This document shows, piece after piece, positions 20,005-30,205 of a stretch of DNA of 64,000 nucleotides (position 1 is the stretch's first letter; each line of letters opens with the position of its first letter). Source of the stretch: Patescibacteria group bacterium (GTDB lineage: Bacteria; Patescibacteriota; Doudnabacteria; UBA920). The position numbers were made by a program, and so were the translations under genes. Location of the stretch: the NCBI GenBank assembly GCA_013387205.1, contig WARV01000009.1:667-64666 (forward strand). The letters are read 5' to 3'. The notes beneath the pieces were generated by a model that saw only the letters and a list, made by a program, of their open reading frames with translations, was not told the DNA's origin and searched no databases.

Positions 20005-20406
20005 ATGCTCAAAGGCTTTAAGCAGTTCATCTTAAGAGGGAATGTCGTTGACCTGGCAGTCGGCGTCGTGGTCGGAGCCGCGTTCGGGGCCGTGGTCAAC
20101 GCTTTGGTTAAAGACATTATCACTCCGCTCATATCGGTTATTGTCAGGATGCCGAATTTTTCCGGACTGGCGTTTAACATAGGCAGGTCCAGGTTTTTAT
20201 TCGGAGATTTTTTCAACGCGGTCATCTCGTTTCTGCTGATTTCCGCGGCGATTTATTTTTTTGTGGTCGTTCCGGTTAATGCTTTAGTCTCCAGAGCCAG
20301 AAAAGAAGATCCGGTAGACCCGACCACCAAAAAGTGCCCGCAATGCTTAAGCGAAATTCCCATAGAAGCTAAGCGCTGCGCGTATTGCACGCAGGTTGTA
20401 GAATAA
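20005..20406 (+). CDS. mscL: Large-conductance mechanosensitive channel with C-terminal Zn ribbon
   Basis: FKQFILRGNVVDLAVGVVVGAAF; CPQC...CAYC tail. Confidence 0.95.
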   Translation: MLKGFKQFILRGNVVDLAVGVVVGAAFGAVVNALVKDIITPLISVIVRMPNFSGLAFNIGRSRFLFGDFFNAVISFLLISAAIYFFVVVPVNALVSRARKEDPVDPTTKKCPQCLSEIPIEAKRCAYCTQVVE

Positions 20407-20573
20407 TATCGCTTAATTTACACAAAGGACATTCCTATTTATCGGGATGTCCTTTGTTTTCCTACCTTGATAAAATTGGGCAATAAGGTTAAAATAAGTA
20501 ACCGCAAACTTCAGGGCTTCTTTCCTGCCTTGGGCGGTAAATTCCATGAAAGGGAAGGTTTAAAGGAGGTCGT

Positions 20574-21320
20574 ATGGAAGAGCTTACGCCTTTGGTTGAG
20601 TATCCACATGCGTTTATGGCTATCTGCCACGGGTTTAAAAATGCGGCAGATGCCAGGGAGTTTAGGGCCAAACTGGTTAACTGTCCTGTTAACGGAATCG
20701 AACCGCTTCTCATTACGTCGAGGTCTTCGTATGTTTTCCGGCCGGATGTGGGCTGCTACAGCACCAGTATGCTTTCTGCCAGGCTATTTAGCGGGGACCG
20801 CAGGAAAGTTTTAATGCTGCGTCCCAAGTCCAGGCCGCGCTATTTCGATAATTTCAATGTCGGTTTGGTTTGCCAGGGAGTGTCCCGGGCGATCGTTGGC
20901 GGTATCCAGGTCGGCTGTTATTCTATTTGGCGCTACTCTGACGGCAGCGCCTTGAGCATTCCTGTCTTTAAAGACAGGAATAAAGACCGCTCGTGGTATG
21001 CAGTAAAAAGCGGCTGCGGGGTGCTTTACGCGCGAAGCATTGGCAGGGATCCTTATACCCAAAAAGCATTGACTTTGGACACGGCTATTCTTGGTATTAT
21101 GTTCAAGATTTGCGACTCCAACCAGGATAAAGACGACATGCTGTTTGTCGACATTAAGTTCCAGTTGAAAAAGGAATCGTTTAACCTAAGCAGTCACCTT
21201 GATCCGGAGTTGCCCGGCGGAACGCCGAACTATTTTAAGGACATGATCTACCATGCCAGGAGGAACTACGAGAAGCACCATCTCATGGACTGCCTGGATA
21301 ACGGCAATAAAAAAGCGTAA
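20574..21320 (+). CDS. Hypothetical protein
   Basis: 248 aa ORF with SD AGGAGG. Confidence 0.65.
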   Translation: MEELTPLVEYPHAFMAICHGFKNAADAREFRAKLVNCPVNGIEPLLITSRSSYVFRPDVGCYSTSMLSARLFSGDRRKVLMLRPKSRPRYFDNFNVGLVCQGVSRAIVGGIQVGCYSIWRYSDGSALSIPVFKDRNKDRSWYAVKSGCGVLYARSIGRDPYTQKALTLDTAILGIMFKICDSNQDKDDMLFVDIKFQLKKESFNLSSHLDPELPGGTPNYFKDMIYHARRNYEKHHLMDCLDNGNKKA

Positions 21321-21557
21321 GACGAGCTAAAACGGTCGTAAAATTTTAAAGAGCCTGACCAGCTCTTTTTCTTTTTGCTTCGCCACGCCGGAGTATAAAC
21401 GAAGGCGGGTATTTGCCACGCTTAAATCCTGATTATAATCCGGGGGAAGGCTGATAATTTTTAATTACATATTTAACCTGCCTCTCCGGCGGACCTGCCG
21501 GAGAGGCGGATTACGTAATTCAAAAATGAAATAAAATCAACAGATTTTTGTATTAAA

Positions 21558-21584
21558 TGAAACCGGAATGTTTTTAAACGCGTA
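21558..21584 (+). promoter_or_regulatory. ECF (SigW-like) promoter
   Basis: TGAAAC-17 nt-CGTA directly upstream of the ECF gene. Confidence 0.6.
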
Positions 21585-21607
21585 TTAGATATAAAGACAA
21601 AGTTTTT

Positions 21608-22183
21608 ATGGAAATAAACACTAAATTGCTGGAAAAAGCCAAAAAGGGGGATTTGGGAGCTTTCGAAGAAATTGTCAGCCTTTTTGAAAGGCCGATTTTC
21701 AGTTTTGTTTACAGGCTTTTAGGCAACAGGCAGGATGCGGAAGACGCTACCCAGGAAACATTTGTTAAGCTGTATAAAAAAATCGGCAAAGCTGACACAT
21801 CCCAAAATTTCAAGTCCTGGATTTATACCATCGCTACTAATACGGCTTACGATATTTTAAGAAAGCGCAAGCATGTCGTGGAAACGGAACTGGAAGAAGC
21901 GATTTTAATTCCGGATGAAACCGAAACCGGGGAAGATCCGTATTACCAGGCAGACAGGCAGTTTGATGCAGGGGTAGTGCAAAGCCATCTGTTAAAGCTA
22001 AAGCCCGCACAGAGGTCTGTTATCCTTTTGCATTACAACCAGGATTTCAGTATAGAACAGATAGCTGCTATTACCGGGCTGCCGACAGGAACAATAAAAA
22101 CCCATTTGCACCGCGGCCGGAATGAGCTAAAAAAAATAATCGCCAAATACTATGAGCCACAACTCATTAAAGAATATGCCTGA
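21608..22183 (+). CDS. ECF RNA polymerase sigma factor (SigW-like)
   Basis: DAEDATQETFVK, FKSWIYTIATN, IAAITGLPTGTIKTHLHRGR. Confidence 0.93.
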   Translation: MEINTKLLEKAKKGDLGAFEEIVSLFERPIFSFVYRLLGNRQDAEDATQETFVKLYKKIGKADTSQNFKSWIYTIATNTAYDILRKRKHVVETELEEAILIPDETETGEDPYYQADRQFDAGVVQSHLLKLKPAQRSVILLHYNQDFSIEQIAAITGLPTGTIKTHLHRGRNELKKIIAKYYEPQLIKEYA

Positions 22184-22529
22184 AATGGAATTTCCGCAAA
22201 ATCTGCATGCCAAGATAATGAGGAGGATTATGTTTTATAAATTCAGGACGGCTTTATTGCTCTTATCCGCATTTTTAGCCGCCAACCTCGGCCTTATTAT
22301 TTACCGGATTTCTGTCCACGTTTCCGAATTCCAGTCGTTTGCCATTTTAAGCAGCATCTTAAAAGATTTTGAATTAAGCTGGGAATATTTGTCCTCGCTG
22401 CTATCCATGGGCGCAGAAGTATTGCCGTTAAACCTGTTAGTTTTTGGGGTAATCAATGCCGCGTTGCTGGCTTATTTGATTTCTTTATCGTTTAAATTTA
22501 AAAAATTAATTAATGGTTCGGCCGCATAA
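22152..22529 (+). CDS. Putative membrane anti-sigma factor
   Basis: Overlaps the sigma gene; short N-terminal helix plus 2 TMs. Confidence 0.7.
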   Translation: MSHNSLKNMPEMEFPQNLHAKIMRRIMFYKFRTALLLLSAFLAANLGLIIYRISVHVSEFQSFAILSSILKDFELSWEYLSSLLSMGAEVLPLNLLVFGVINAALLAYLISLSFKFKKLINGSAA

Positions 22530-22557
22530 AAAATGCCGGACATAAAAAGGAAAAAGT

Positions 22558-22986
22558 ATGAAAATAAATTCAAGAAAAATAGCAGTGGTTGCGGGGATCT
22601 TGGCTACGCTGGCAGTTGCTGCCCCGGCATTAGCCCAGCAAGACAGTACGTCTACCGGGACCAGCCAGAACACCACAACCACCCAGAATAAAAAGGCTGC
22701 TTACAAGGCTTACCAGGCTGCTTTAAAGCTTGCCAGGGATGCCAGAGCCGCTTCATTAAAACAGGCCAGGCTCAATTTTGATACAGCCATGAAAGCCGCC
22801 CGCGATGCCAGAAAAAACGCTTTGACTTCTGCCAAGACTAAAGACGACAAAACCGCTGCCAACACCGCTTACAAAACCAGCGTAAAAGCCGCGCAAGATG
22901 CTTATAAGGCAGCTAGGCAGGCAGCAGAGAAACAGTTTCAGGCTGACAAAAAAGCCGCCCAGGACCAGTACCTGAAGAATAAATAA
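22558..22986 (+). CDS. Secreted Ala/Lys-rich helical protein
   Basis: Signal peptide ending ALA; terminator at ~23001-23041. Confidence 0.8.
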   Translation: MKINSRKIAVVAGILATLAVAAPALAQQDSTSTGTSQNTTTTQNKKAAYKAYQAALKLARDARAASLKQARLNFDTAMKAARDARKNALTSAKTKDDKTAANTAYKTSVKAAQDAYKAARQAAEKQFQADKKAAQDQYLKNK

Positions 22987-23057
22987 TTTTAGGCTCGAGC
23001 AAAAACCCCGCCCAAATAGTACCTAAGGGCGGGGTTTTTTTCGCATGCAATTAAGTG

Positions 23058-23864
23058 TTATTTTATAACAGACTCATCTTTTATTTTAGTAGCTATAACC
23101 TGGACGTTTTCGGACACGTGTTTTCCTTCAACTTTGAGCGTGTCGCCTATGTTGAAGAGGCCAAGAGAAATTGTTTTACCGTTTTTGTCGACGAGTTTGG
23201 CCTTGTTGGCATCAACCCCATAAATTACATGGTTATCGCCTTCTATTGTCAGGGCGTAAAGGTTTTTCATGGCTAACCTGCCGGTAACGCTTATGTTTAC
23301 CAGCCGCGCGGTTGTTTGCACGTCCTTGGCCAAAACATTGGAATTTGTCCTGTCCCAAATGCCTTTGACTTTGGCAGTATATCCCAGCTCCAAATCCCTA
23401 AAGGTAGAATTTTTGCTGTTCTTTTTGTAATTAGTCAGTTCGTTTGTACGGATAGTCTGCGTGCCATACTGCTTGCTCTGCATGGTAAAATTCAGGTTGG
23501 ATGGGTCTATGGCAGTGATTTTTCCGTTAAAGGTGCCGTTGTGCACATAGAGCGACATATTCCGGATATACGATGCGCTTATGCTGTTATCCGGCCATAA
23601 CCTGCCTTTGACTTCAAGTTTGTCGCCTATTAAAACCTCGTCAAATTTCATTGTTGCCCCATTCTTGCGCGCCAGCACGGCGCTGCCGGTTTCCGCATTG
23701 TATGTTGCCGCGCTTGTGGTCTTAAACACAAATTGGCTGCCATTAATTTTTGTTATCGTGCCGGAAAAAACTTTTTCCGCCGAAGGGCCAAAGGCCAGGC
23801 TGATGCCCGGAATAATTAGGCACAAAGCCATAACTAACGCGAACTTTTGGTATTGTTTTTTCAT
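23058..23864 (-). CDS. Secreted DUF5666-like OB-fold repeat protein
   Basis: Three repeats of G.IT.I....GD.L.V.G. Confidence 0.75.
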   Translation of the reverse strand: MKKQYQKFALVMALCLIIPGISLAFGPSAEKVFSGTITKINGSQFVFKTTSAATYNAETGSAVLARKNGATMKFDEVLIGDKLEVKGRLWPDNSISASYIRNMSLYVHNGTFNGKITAIDPSNLNFTMQSKQYGTQTIRTNELTNYKKNSKNSTFRDLELGYTAKVKGIWDRTNSNVLAKDVQTTARLVNISVTGRLAMKNLYALTIEGDNHVIYGVDANKAKLVDKNGKTISLGLFNIGDTLKVEGKHVSENVQVIATKIKDESVIK

Positions 23865-24046
23865 TTTTTAAATTTTTAATAAAAAACGCCTCAACTTTTG
23901 AGACGTAATCTTTCTTTTATGAAGGACTCGATAGTCTCTAAGTTTGTAAGTTTAGTATATCACTTAAAATAAGTTATAGCCAGCCAGAAAAAAATATGAT
24001 TAAAATTAGCCAAGGCATCTGCCTTGGCTAATTTTTTTGGATGTTG

Positions 24047-24445
24047 CTATTCGGTTGTTACGCCGTCGAATTCAGCTTCGTTAGCTACAGCTTCTTCTTT
24101 GGTAGAGCGTACGATGCCGTCTTTGTGGTGGGCAGGGGAGTAAATGGTGTAAAGCTTTAAATCTTCAGAGTCTGAAACATTTACGACATTGTGCTGGGCG
24201 CCTTTTGGGACAATAATTGCCGAGCCGTCGCTTACTTGGTATTCATTGCCGTCAATTATGCACTTGCCTTGCCCTTTTTCAAAGCGGAAGAACTGGTCGC
24301 TGTCTCCGTGGACTTCCATCCCGATTTCTTCTTTGGGCTTAAGGCACATCAGCACTAACTGGCTGTGCTTGCCCGTGTATAAAACCTTGCGGAAATTATT
24401 ATTCTCCAAGGTCTCTTTTTCTATGTTGGCGTTAAATCCTTTCAT
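24047..24445 (-). CDS. Cupin domain protein
   Basis: NFRKVLYTG, EIGMEVH, DQFF, HNVVN, LKLYTIYSPAHH. Confidence 0.9.
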   Translation of the reverse strand: MKGFNANIEKETLENNNFRKVLYTGKHSQLVLMCLKPKEEIGMEVHGDSDQFFRFEKGQGKCIIDGNEYQVSDGSAIIVPKGAQHNVVNVSDSEDLKLYTIYSPAHHKDGIVRSTKEEAVANEAEFDGVTTE

Positions 24446-24456
24446 AAAATTTATTT

Positions 24457-24622
24457 TAGAGACGGTTTCAAAACGTGCTTTTGAAGCGAAATTGGATAAT
24501 TTCAAGCAGATTGGCACAAACAATTTTTGAGGTTTAGCTAAAGCTAAGCGGATAAAATTTTTGTGACAAGCTGCTGAAATTATACATTTGCAGCCAAAAT
24601 GAGGTTTTGAGACCGGCTCTTA
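24457..24622 (-). repeat. Long-hairpin MITE-like element, copy 5 (reverse)
   Basis: Reverse complement reads TAAGAGCCGGTCTCAAAACCTCATTTTGGCTGCAA...GCTTAGCTTTAGCTAAAC...TTTTGAAACCGTCTCTA. Confidence 0.85.
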
Positions 24623-24634
24623 ATTAATTACCTA

Positions 24635-24859
24635 TCAATCCCTTCTTGGGGTGAATAAAATTAATAACCCCGGAATGATTAAAAACAACGGCCAAAGTTT
24701 TCCCCATACATCACCTTTTATTATGCCGTAATTATTCAGCAAAAACACTAGCCCGATCACAAGCAAAATAGTACCTGGGAGGATGCGGCCGTAACGGCTA
24801 TGCCGCCTGGCCTTTTGGGAATTATTATCCGCCTGGATAGGGGGTTGGTTATTTTCCAT
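24635..24859 (-). CDS. Small membrane protein (DUF5668/LiaI-LiaF-like)
   Basis: GTILLVIGLVFLLNNYG...LWPLFLIIPGL. Confidence 0.8.
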   Translation of the reverse strand: MENNQPPIQADNNSQKARRHSRYGRILPGTILLVIGLVFLLNNYGIIKGDVWGKLWPLFLIIPGLLILFTPRRD

Positions 24860-25077
24860 AAAACTCCTTCCTATTTTTTAATACTTACAGCTTTCCAGCG
24901 GCTAAATTGCCCCGCCAGCTGGCGGATTAGCCGTAGGAAAGCATTTAAACAACATTATAAATAGTACCTATTAATAGTATATACCCTAAATAACGCATAA
25001 ACAAAGGGGTGGTTAACTAAGCACTATAAAAACAGCCCCTTCTTAACAGATTGGGGCTGTGCCTGCTGCTTAAAGAG

Positions 25078-25545
25078 TTAACTGTGCAATTCTATCAGTT
25101 CTTTAATTTTTTGATGTTCATTTTTCCAGGAATCCCAGACAGATTCGGCCCATTGTTTTATCGCCTCATCCCGCAATAAGCCAGGCTTGGTGTTTAAAAC
25201 TTCCCTTACTGTAATGTGCGGGCGTTCTTTAGGCGGAATAAATTGCGGCCAGGTTTTTTTATTTTTTGCCAGAGCCATATGCGCTTTCTGGACTGCTTTG
25301 CCTGTATATTTTTTTTCAGCAAAAAGATAAAGGCCAATTAGGGCAAAGGCATTGGTAATGGGTTTTGGGTTGTCTGTTGCGTGCTGGGCCGCGTAGGCGT
25401 CAACTATATATTGATGTATGAAAAATTCCGGGTCGGAATGCTGCAGGGTATAGTAAGACAGCTCGTTGTAGAGGTCTCTGCAGGTTGCGTAACCGGAAAT
25501 GTCAGCGCTGCAGGTTGGGCAAGCGGTTAGGGTATTCGTCGGCAT
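25078..25545 (-). CDS. DUF5946-like hypothetical protein
   Basis: HQYIVDAYAAQH, ALIGLYL, W...VW..W..H. Confidence 0.75.
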   Translation of the reverse strand: MPTNTLTACPTCSADISGYATCRDLYNELSYYTLQHSDPEFFIHQYIVDAYAAQHATDNPKPITNAFALIGLYLFAEKKYTGKAVQKAHMALAKNKKTWPQFIPPKERPHITVREVLNTKPGLLRDEAIKQWAESVWDSWKNEHQKIKELIELHS

Positions 25546-25579
25546 GATTTAATTATGCACTTTACATTTGCGCGGTGTT

Positions 25580-25759
25580 TTATTTTTTCCATTCGTTTTT
25601 TTGTCCCCGCTTTGCTTTTAAAGATTTCATCCGGGCTTTGCTAAGCAATGTCCAGGCAAGTACGCCGACAGCGGCCAAAACGGCTTCTTTTTCTTCAGTT
25701 GGAAACTTGTATTTGTCCAGCATCTTAATTAAAACGTCAGCTGCTTCTTTGTGCTCCAT
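25580..25759 (-). CDS. 59-aa hypothetical protein, absent from the ORF track
   Basis: MEHKEAADVLIKMLDKYKFPTEEKEAVLAAVGVLAWTLLSKARMKSLKAKRGQKNEWKK; fills the operon gap. Confidence 0.7.
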   Translation of the reverse strand: MEHKEAADVLIKMLDKYKFPTEEKEAVLAAVGVLAWTLLSKARMKSLKAKRGQKNEWKK

Positions 25760-25763
25760 AGCT

Positions 25764-27056
25764 TTAAAACGTCTTTTTCTTTTTCAGGTTCAAGTTCATC
25801 GTTAAGATTTTGTCGGAGGAGAAGATTTTTGCGGCTATGTAGACAAAGACTACAAAGAGCAATGCCATGTAGCCAATACCCAGCCAAATGTTCCCGTACC
25901 GGTGCAGCATTAAATTCGGCGCGGCTAAAAACGGATGCGAGAACGGTATGGCGTAAATAAAATACTTCAAGGCCGGAGAAACGGCGTTTAAATCCAGAAA
26001 CATTACCATGAAATAGGGGATTAAAATAAGCATCATCAGCGGCGTTATTACGCCTTGGGCGCTTTTTGCATCCTGGGCAAAAGACCCTAAAATCAAGGCT
26101 ATGGAAAGAGCCACCAAAATTCCGAAGAACAGGGATAAGCCCAGCATAATGTAATCAAAGCTGCAGAATACCAGACCCAGCTGCAATGCGGCCTGGTGCA
26201 TGCCTCCGGCATCAACTCCGGCACCCATAAGTCCGCTAAGGCCGCTTGTATAACTGCGCATGCCAATAAGGTAAACAGCAGAAGCAAATAGCGCGACCAG
26301 TCCGGCGCCCACTAACTTGGCCGTTACCAGCGCCTTCCGGCTTACCGGGCTGGAAAGCAGGGTTTCCAAAGTTTTGTTCTCCTTTTCTGTGGCTATTGAA
26401 GTGGCGATAAGCTGGGAAGCGAGGATGATCACCAAAAATAAGATAATGGGGATAAGCGTGGTCTGGGAAGTAATGTATCCGCTGACAACTGCCGGGCTGA
26501 CATGGGCCTGGTTGCTGCCGATAATCACATAATCATCGGTTTTTACCGGCTGTTTTATGCTGGCCGGATCTGCGTTTTGCGAAAGCTTTAAAATTTGGCT
26601 TTTGCTTAAATTGTCGTTTATCGCGGCAATGGCTGCTGCCAGGCTCTGTCCGGCCCGAGAACCGGCAAAAGAAAAATTCTCCATTATGGTATAGGTGGGC
26701 AAGGGGACAGTTTTTTGGGAATTCAAGTCGCGTTCGAACCCGGCGGGCACGACGACCAAAGATTTGTTGTTTTCGCTTTTCGCTTTCGCTATGGCATCTT
26801 CAACGGAGATGTTGCTTAAGGCTTCAACGTCAAAGCGGCTGTTTTTTAAAGCTGCTTCGAAATTTTTGGAAGCCGCGGAATTGTCCTGGTCCAATACTAT
26901 GACAGGTACGTTTTTTTTGGCAGACAGAGCCGCCTGTTTGCCTGCCACTTTGCCTATGAACATAAATACCACTACCACTGCCAAAAGAGGCACTGTCATC
27001 TGCGGGGTAAGCAGCTCCTTGACTTCTTTTTTTACCAGGATGTAGAATTTTTTCAT
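25764..27056 (-). CDS. ABC-2 permease (NatB-like)
   Basis: SIATEKENKTLETLLSSPVSR; TM pattern. Confidence 0.9.
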   Translation of the reverse strand: MKKFYILVKKEVKELLTPQMTVPLLAVVVVFMFIGKVAGKQAALSAKKNVPVIVLDQDNSAASKNFEAALKNSRFDVEALSNISVEDAIAKAKSENNKSLVVVPAGFERDLNSQKTVPLPTYTIMENFSFAGSRAGQSLAAAIAAINDNLSKSQILKLSQNADPASIKQPVKTDDYVIIGSNQAHVSPAVVSGYITSQTTLIPIILFLVIILASQLIATSIATEKENKTLETLLSSPVSRKALVTAKLVGAGLVALFASAVYLIGMRSYTSGLSGLMGAGVDAGGMHQAALQLGLVFCSFDYIMLGLSLFFGILVALSIALILGSFAQDAKSAQGVITPLMMLILIPYFMVMFLDLNAVSPALKYFIYAIPFSHPFLAAPNLMLHRYGNIWLGIGYMALLFVVFVYIAAKIFSSDKILTMNLNLKKKKTF

Positions 27057-27084
27057 AAGAGTAATAATTATCAGCGTCCTTAAG

Positions 27085-27804
27085 CTAGCGCGACAACTTC
27101 ATAAATACCTCTTCCAGGTTAGCGGCCTGGTATTTTGTTTTTAAATCATGTGATGTTCCGACTTCCATAAGGCAGCCCTTTTCAATAATCCCGACACGGT
27201 CGGACAAGAATTCTATTTCCAGCATGTTGTGGGACGAAAGCAAAACAGCCATTCCCTGCCCGGCCAGCTCGCGGATGGTTTTGCGTATTTCCAATCCGTT
27301 AATGATATCCAGGCCCGAGGTCGGCTCGTCTAAAATTGCCAGCTTAGGCCGGCTCATGACAGTGCGCGCCAGCAGCAGTTTCCTTGTCATGCCTTTGCTG
27401 TAAGTTTTTATTTTGTCTTTCAGCCTGTCCTTAAGGCCAGTTACCTCGCCGCCGAAGTCTACGAATTCTTTCTGTTTTTTTTGGTCGTCGTTATAAATTG
27501 CGGCCATGAATTCCAAGTATTCTTTGCCGCTTAAATTTTTGTAGGCACCTGCCTCTTCCGGCAAATAGCTAATAATTTTTCTGACTTCGTCCGGCTGCTT
27601 TATCAAGTCCTGGCCGTATATTTCAGCCTTGCCGGAAGTCGGGGTCAAGATAGTGGCCAGCATTTTTAAGGTGGTGGATTTCCCGGCACCGTTCGGGCCA
27701 ATGAGCGCGAAAATTTCTTTTTCAGCCACAGCAAAATTAATGCCTTTTACGGCCTCAAATTTGCCATAGCTCTTTTTTAAATTTTCTACGTTAAGGGCAA
27801 ACAT
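27085..27804 (-). CDS. ABC transporter ATP-binding protein
   Basis: GPNGAGKST, YSKGM, ILDEPTSGLD, SSH. Confidence 0.95.
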   Translation of the reverse strand: MFALNVENLKKSYGKFEAVKGINFAVAEKEIFALIGPNGAGKSTTLKMLATILTPTSGKAEIYGQDLIKQPDEVRKIISYLPEEAGAYKNLSGKEYLEFMAAIYNDDQKKQKEFVDFGGEVTGLKDRLKDKIKTYSKGMTRKLLLARTVMSRPKLAILDEPTSGLDIINGLEIRKTIRELAGQGMAVLLSSHNMLEIEFLSDRVGIIEKGCLMEVGTSHDLKTKYQAANLEEVFMKLSR

Positions 27805-27993
27805 ATCTTTATATCGGATTTTTCTATAATATTATATTCCGTATATTAATTATAACCATTTTTTTATCTCTGAATCAAGTTGTTGTTTTGGGTTTCAATG
27901 CATGTTGGAACTAAGTCTGTGGGGGAAGCTGTATTTGATATTTTATAATTCGATTTTCCGTTAAAATAGTAACATAATTTTAAAAGTAATAAT

Positions 27994-28030
27994 AACGGCT
28001 AAAACGTAGATTTATTACGTTTTAGCCGTT
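27994..28030. repeat. REP-like palindrome (37 bp)
   Basis: aacggctaaaacgtagatttattacgttttagccgtt. Confidence 0.85.
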
Positions 28031-28085
28031 AATTTTACCTATAACCACCTCCCAACAAACTTGAGAATGTTGGGATGTTATTGGG

Positions 28086-28436
28086 TTAGATTTTGGTGTA
28101 TTTGACAGAGCGGCCTTCGGCGCCGACCTGCTTGAGTTTGCCTTCGTTTTCCAGCTCCTGCAGGTAATTGGTCGCCGTGGCATCGCTGACATTCAGCAGC
28201 TTTTGCACATCGTCATTGGAGATTTCATCCTGGCTCCCAGCCATCTCCATAATTTTATTTTTGCCCGCCACTTTCTCCTGCTGTCTTTTTTCATTAACGG
28301 CATCAAGCCTTGCGTTATTCTCTACCTTTCCGGCGTCATTCTGAGACGCAGGCGAAGAATCTCTCTTTCTTCTCATCACTAACACAATCACAATCACTGC
28401 CAACACTATTGTCACAAAGTATATCATTAAATCCAT
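28086..28436 (-). CDS. Membrane-anchored winged-helix protein
   Basis: N-terminal TM; ISNDDVQKLLNVSDATATNYLQELE.EGKL.QVG..GRSVKY. Confidence 0.8.
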   Translation of the reverse strand: MDLMIYFVTIVLAVIVIVLVMRRKRDSSPASQNDAGKVENNARLDAVNEKRQQEKVAGKNKIMEMAGSQDEISNDDVQKLLNVSDATATNYLQELENEGKLKQVGAEGRSVKYTKI

Positions 28437-28452
28437 ATTTTTGTTTTTTATG

Positions 28453-28869
28453 TTAATTGTTATTTTTATGGTATTCAAGAAAGAATCTTCCTAACTCTGA
28501 ATTGAGCTTCCTTATCCATTCGACAGTTGAGGTTTCTTTATAAAAATTTTCAAAACGTTTATCATTATATTCATGCTTCCTTGGGTAATGAAAAGTTGCA
28601 TTACGATAATGTCTTAATAAATCAGTATTTTTGGATTTTAGCAACATATCAATAGCATCGTCCTTTAATTTGAGGTCCTTCCACCCTTCCACAACCACAT
28701 AAAGCAAACCATACCATACTGACATATATATCATCCATTCAATCTCAATCCCATGTTCATCAATCTCATTATTCATGTGCTTTCCCAAAATGTCATCAAA
28801 ATGAACTCGCATCCTGTTAGCCCAAATAAAATATCGATGAAGAATATTAATAGGATCGTCAGGCCTCAC
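28453..28869 (-). CDS. Hypothetical protein, possible HEPN-like
   Basis: RNATFH R-x4-H motif; AT-rich. Confidence 0.6.
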   Translation of the reverse strand: MRPDDPINILHRYFIWANRMRVHFDDILGKHMNNEIDEHGIEIEWMIYMSVWYGLLYVVVEGWKDLKLKDDAIDMLLKSKNTDLLRHYRNATFHYPRKHEYNDKRFENFYKETSTVEWIRKLNSELGRFFLEYHKNNN

Positions 28870-28963
28870 ATGTTTTTTACTTCTACTGACTTTCTTGTTG
28901 AATAGGTCATTTTTTAATGAATAAATAATGAGAAAAAGGTGTCAGGTATTTTTTTGCCCAAGT

Positions 28964-30190
28964 TTAGTTAGCCTGGCTATTTATTTTATCTCTTGTCACT
29001 TTATCTAAAATACCAGTTTGTTTTAATTTTTGAGATTTCTGATATTTCTTTAAAGCATCCCGTGTTGTTGCGCCAAAAATACCATATATTGTCGGTTTTT
29101 TGATTTTTAGTAATTGTTTAACCTCCAAAAAGTTTTGTAAAATTTCAACATCAGTGCCTTTGCTCCCCATCTTTAAATCTTGAGTAAAGTTGTATGAACC
29201 GGTTTTTATACCCAATACCTGGCTGGCTTGAATATTATTATTTGATATCTCCGGAACACACAAAGTTTTACTCTCATTTAATACAAAACCACCACTGCAA
29301 CTACAATTTTCATATGCTGAACCTATAGCCTGAAAATCATTGTTCTTTACTAAAGCGTTAGATCCCAACTCACGTATACAATAAGCAGCACGTGAAATAC
29401 AACTATTAGTTTTAGTATCAAAAATAGTTAATGAGTCACAAGCAAGATATATTGAAATACAACTACTCCTGTCTTTATTCCAAGTAAAATTTGTATCGCA
29501 AATGCATTGATTAGCTCCATAAGATTTGGCACCTAAACCATATTGGCTCTTACAAGTCTGATCTAAAGTAACACAAGTATTGTTTGTTTTATCAAAATAA
29601 TATCCATCATTACAGACACATTGATTTAAACTATCCACCTTAGCATTATATCCATATAAATTTTTACAATACTGGTCCATTGAAATGCAATATGTCTTAT
29701 CGGAATTAAAAACGTAACCATCACCACATTTACATTGTGTTAGTCCATAAGATTTAGCATTTCCAAATTGCCTTTGGCATGATTCATCAGTGGAAAAAAT
29801 GGAAGAATTATTTGATTGATAATCATAACCAGAACCAGAATTACTAGAATAACCCGGTAATGAATAGTTATATGAATTGTTATAACTGGGCGAACTATAG
29901 TTATAATTAAAATTTGTTCCTAAACTGCCACTGCTATTGTTATAGTAATTTTTCAGATAAGTATCGGAGTTGCCATCCGCAGTTTTTCCCGTATAAGGGT
30001 TAGTATTCCCGGGATAACTCCAATTATTATATGGATTACCATCGGGAGCTGAACGATAGTGGGGTTGTACATATGTTCCATTTTTTCTATAGTAACCATT
30101 TACATGAACACTTCCTCGAGCTTCAGTAAAATTGAAAAAACCAACACTAAAAATCGCGGCTAATAAAAATGCAGCTATGATTTTTTTCAT
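28964..30190 (-). CDS. Secreted Cys-repeat (EGF-like) protein with C-terminal peptidoglycan-binding domain
   Basis: VNGYYRKNGTYVQPHYRSAPD; C.C..GY repeats; LKMGSKGTDV..LQ..L...YG.FG..T..AL..YQ. Confidence 0.85.
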   Translation of the reverse strand: MKKIIAAFLLAAIFSVGFFNFTEARGSVHVNGYYRKNGTYVQPHYRSAPDGNPYNNWSYPGNTNPYTGKTADGNSDTYLKNYYNNSSGSLGTNFNYNYSSPSYNNSYNYSLPGYSSNSGSGYDYQSNNSSIFSTDESCQRQFGNAKSYGLTQCKCGDGYVFNSDKTYCISMDQYCKNLYGYNAKVDSLNQCVCNDGYYFDKTNNTCVTLDQTCKSQYGLGAKSYGANQCICDTNFTWNKDRSSCISIYLACDSLTIFDTKTNSCISRAAYCIRELGSNALVKNNDFQAIGSAYENCSCSGGFVLNESKTLCVPEISNNNIQASQVLGIKTGSYNFTQDLKMGSKGTDVEILQNFLEVKQLLKIKKPTIYGIFGATTRDALKKYQKSQKLKQTGILDKVTRDKINSQAN

Positions 30191-30205
30191 ATGTTTCTGT
30201 TTTAA

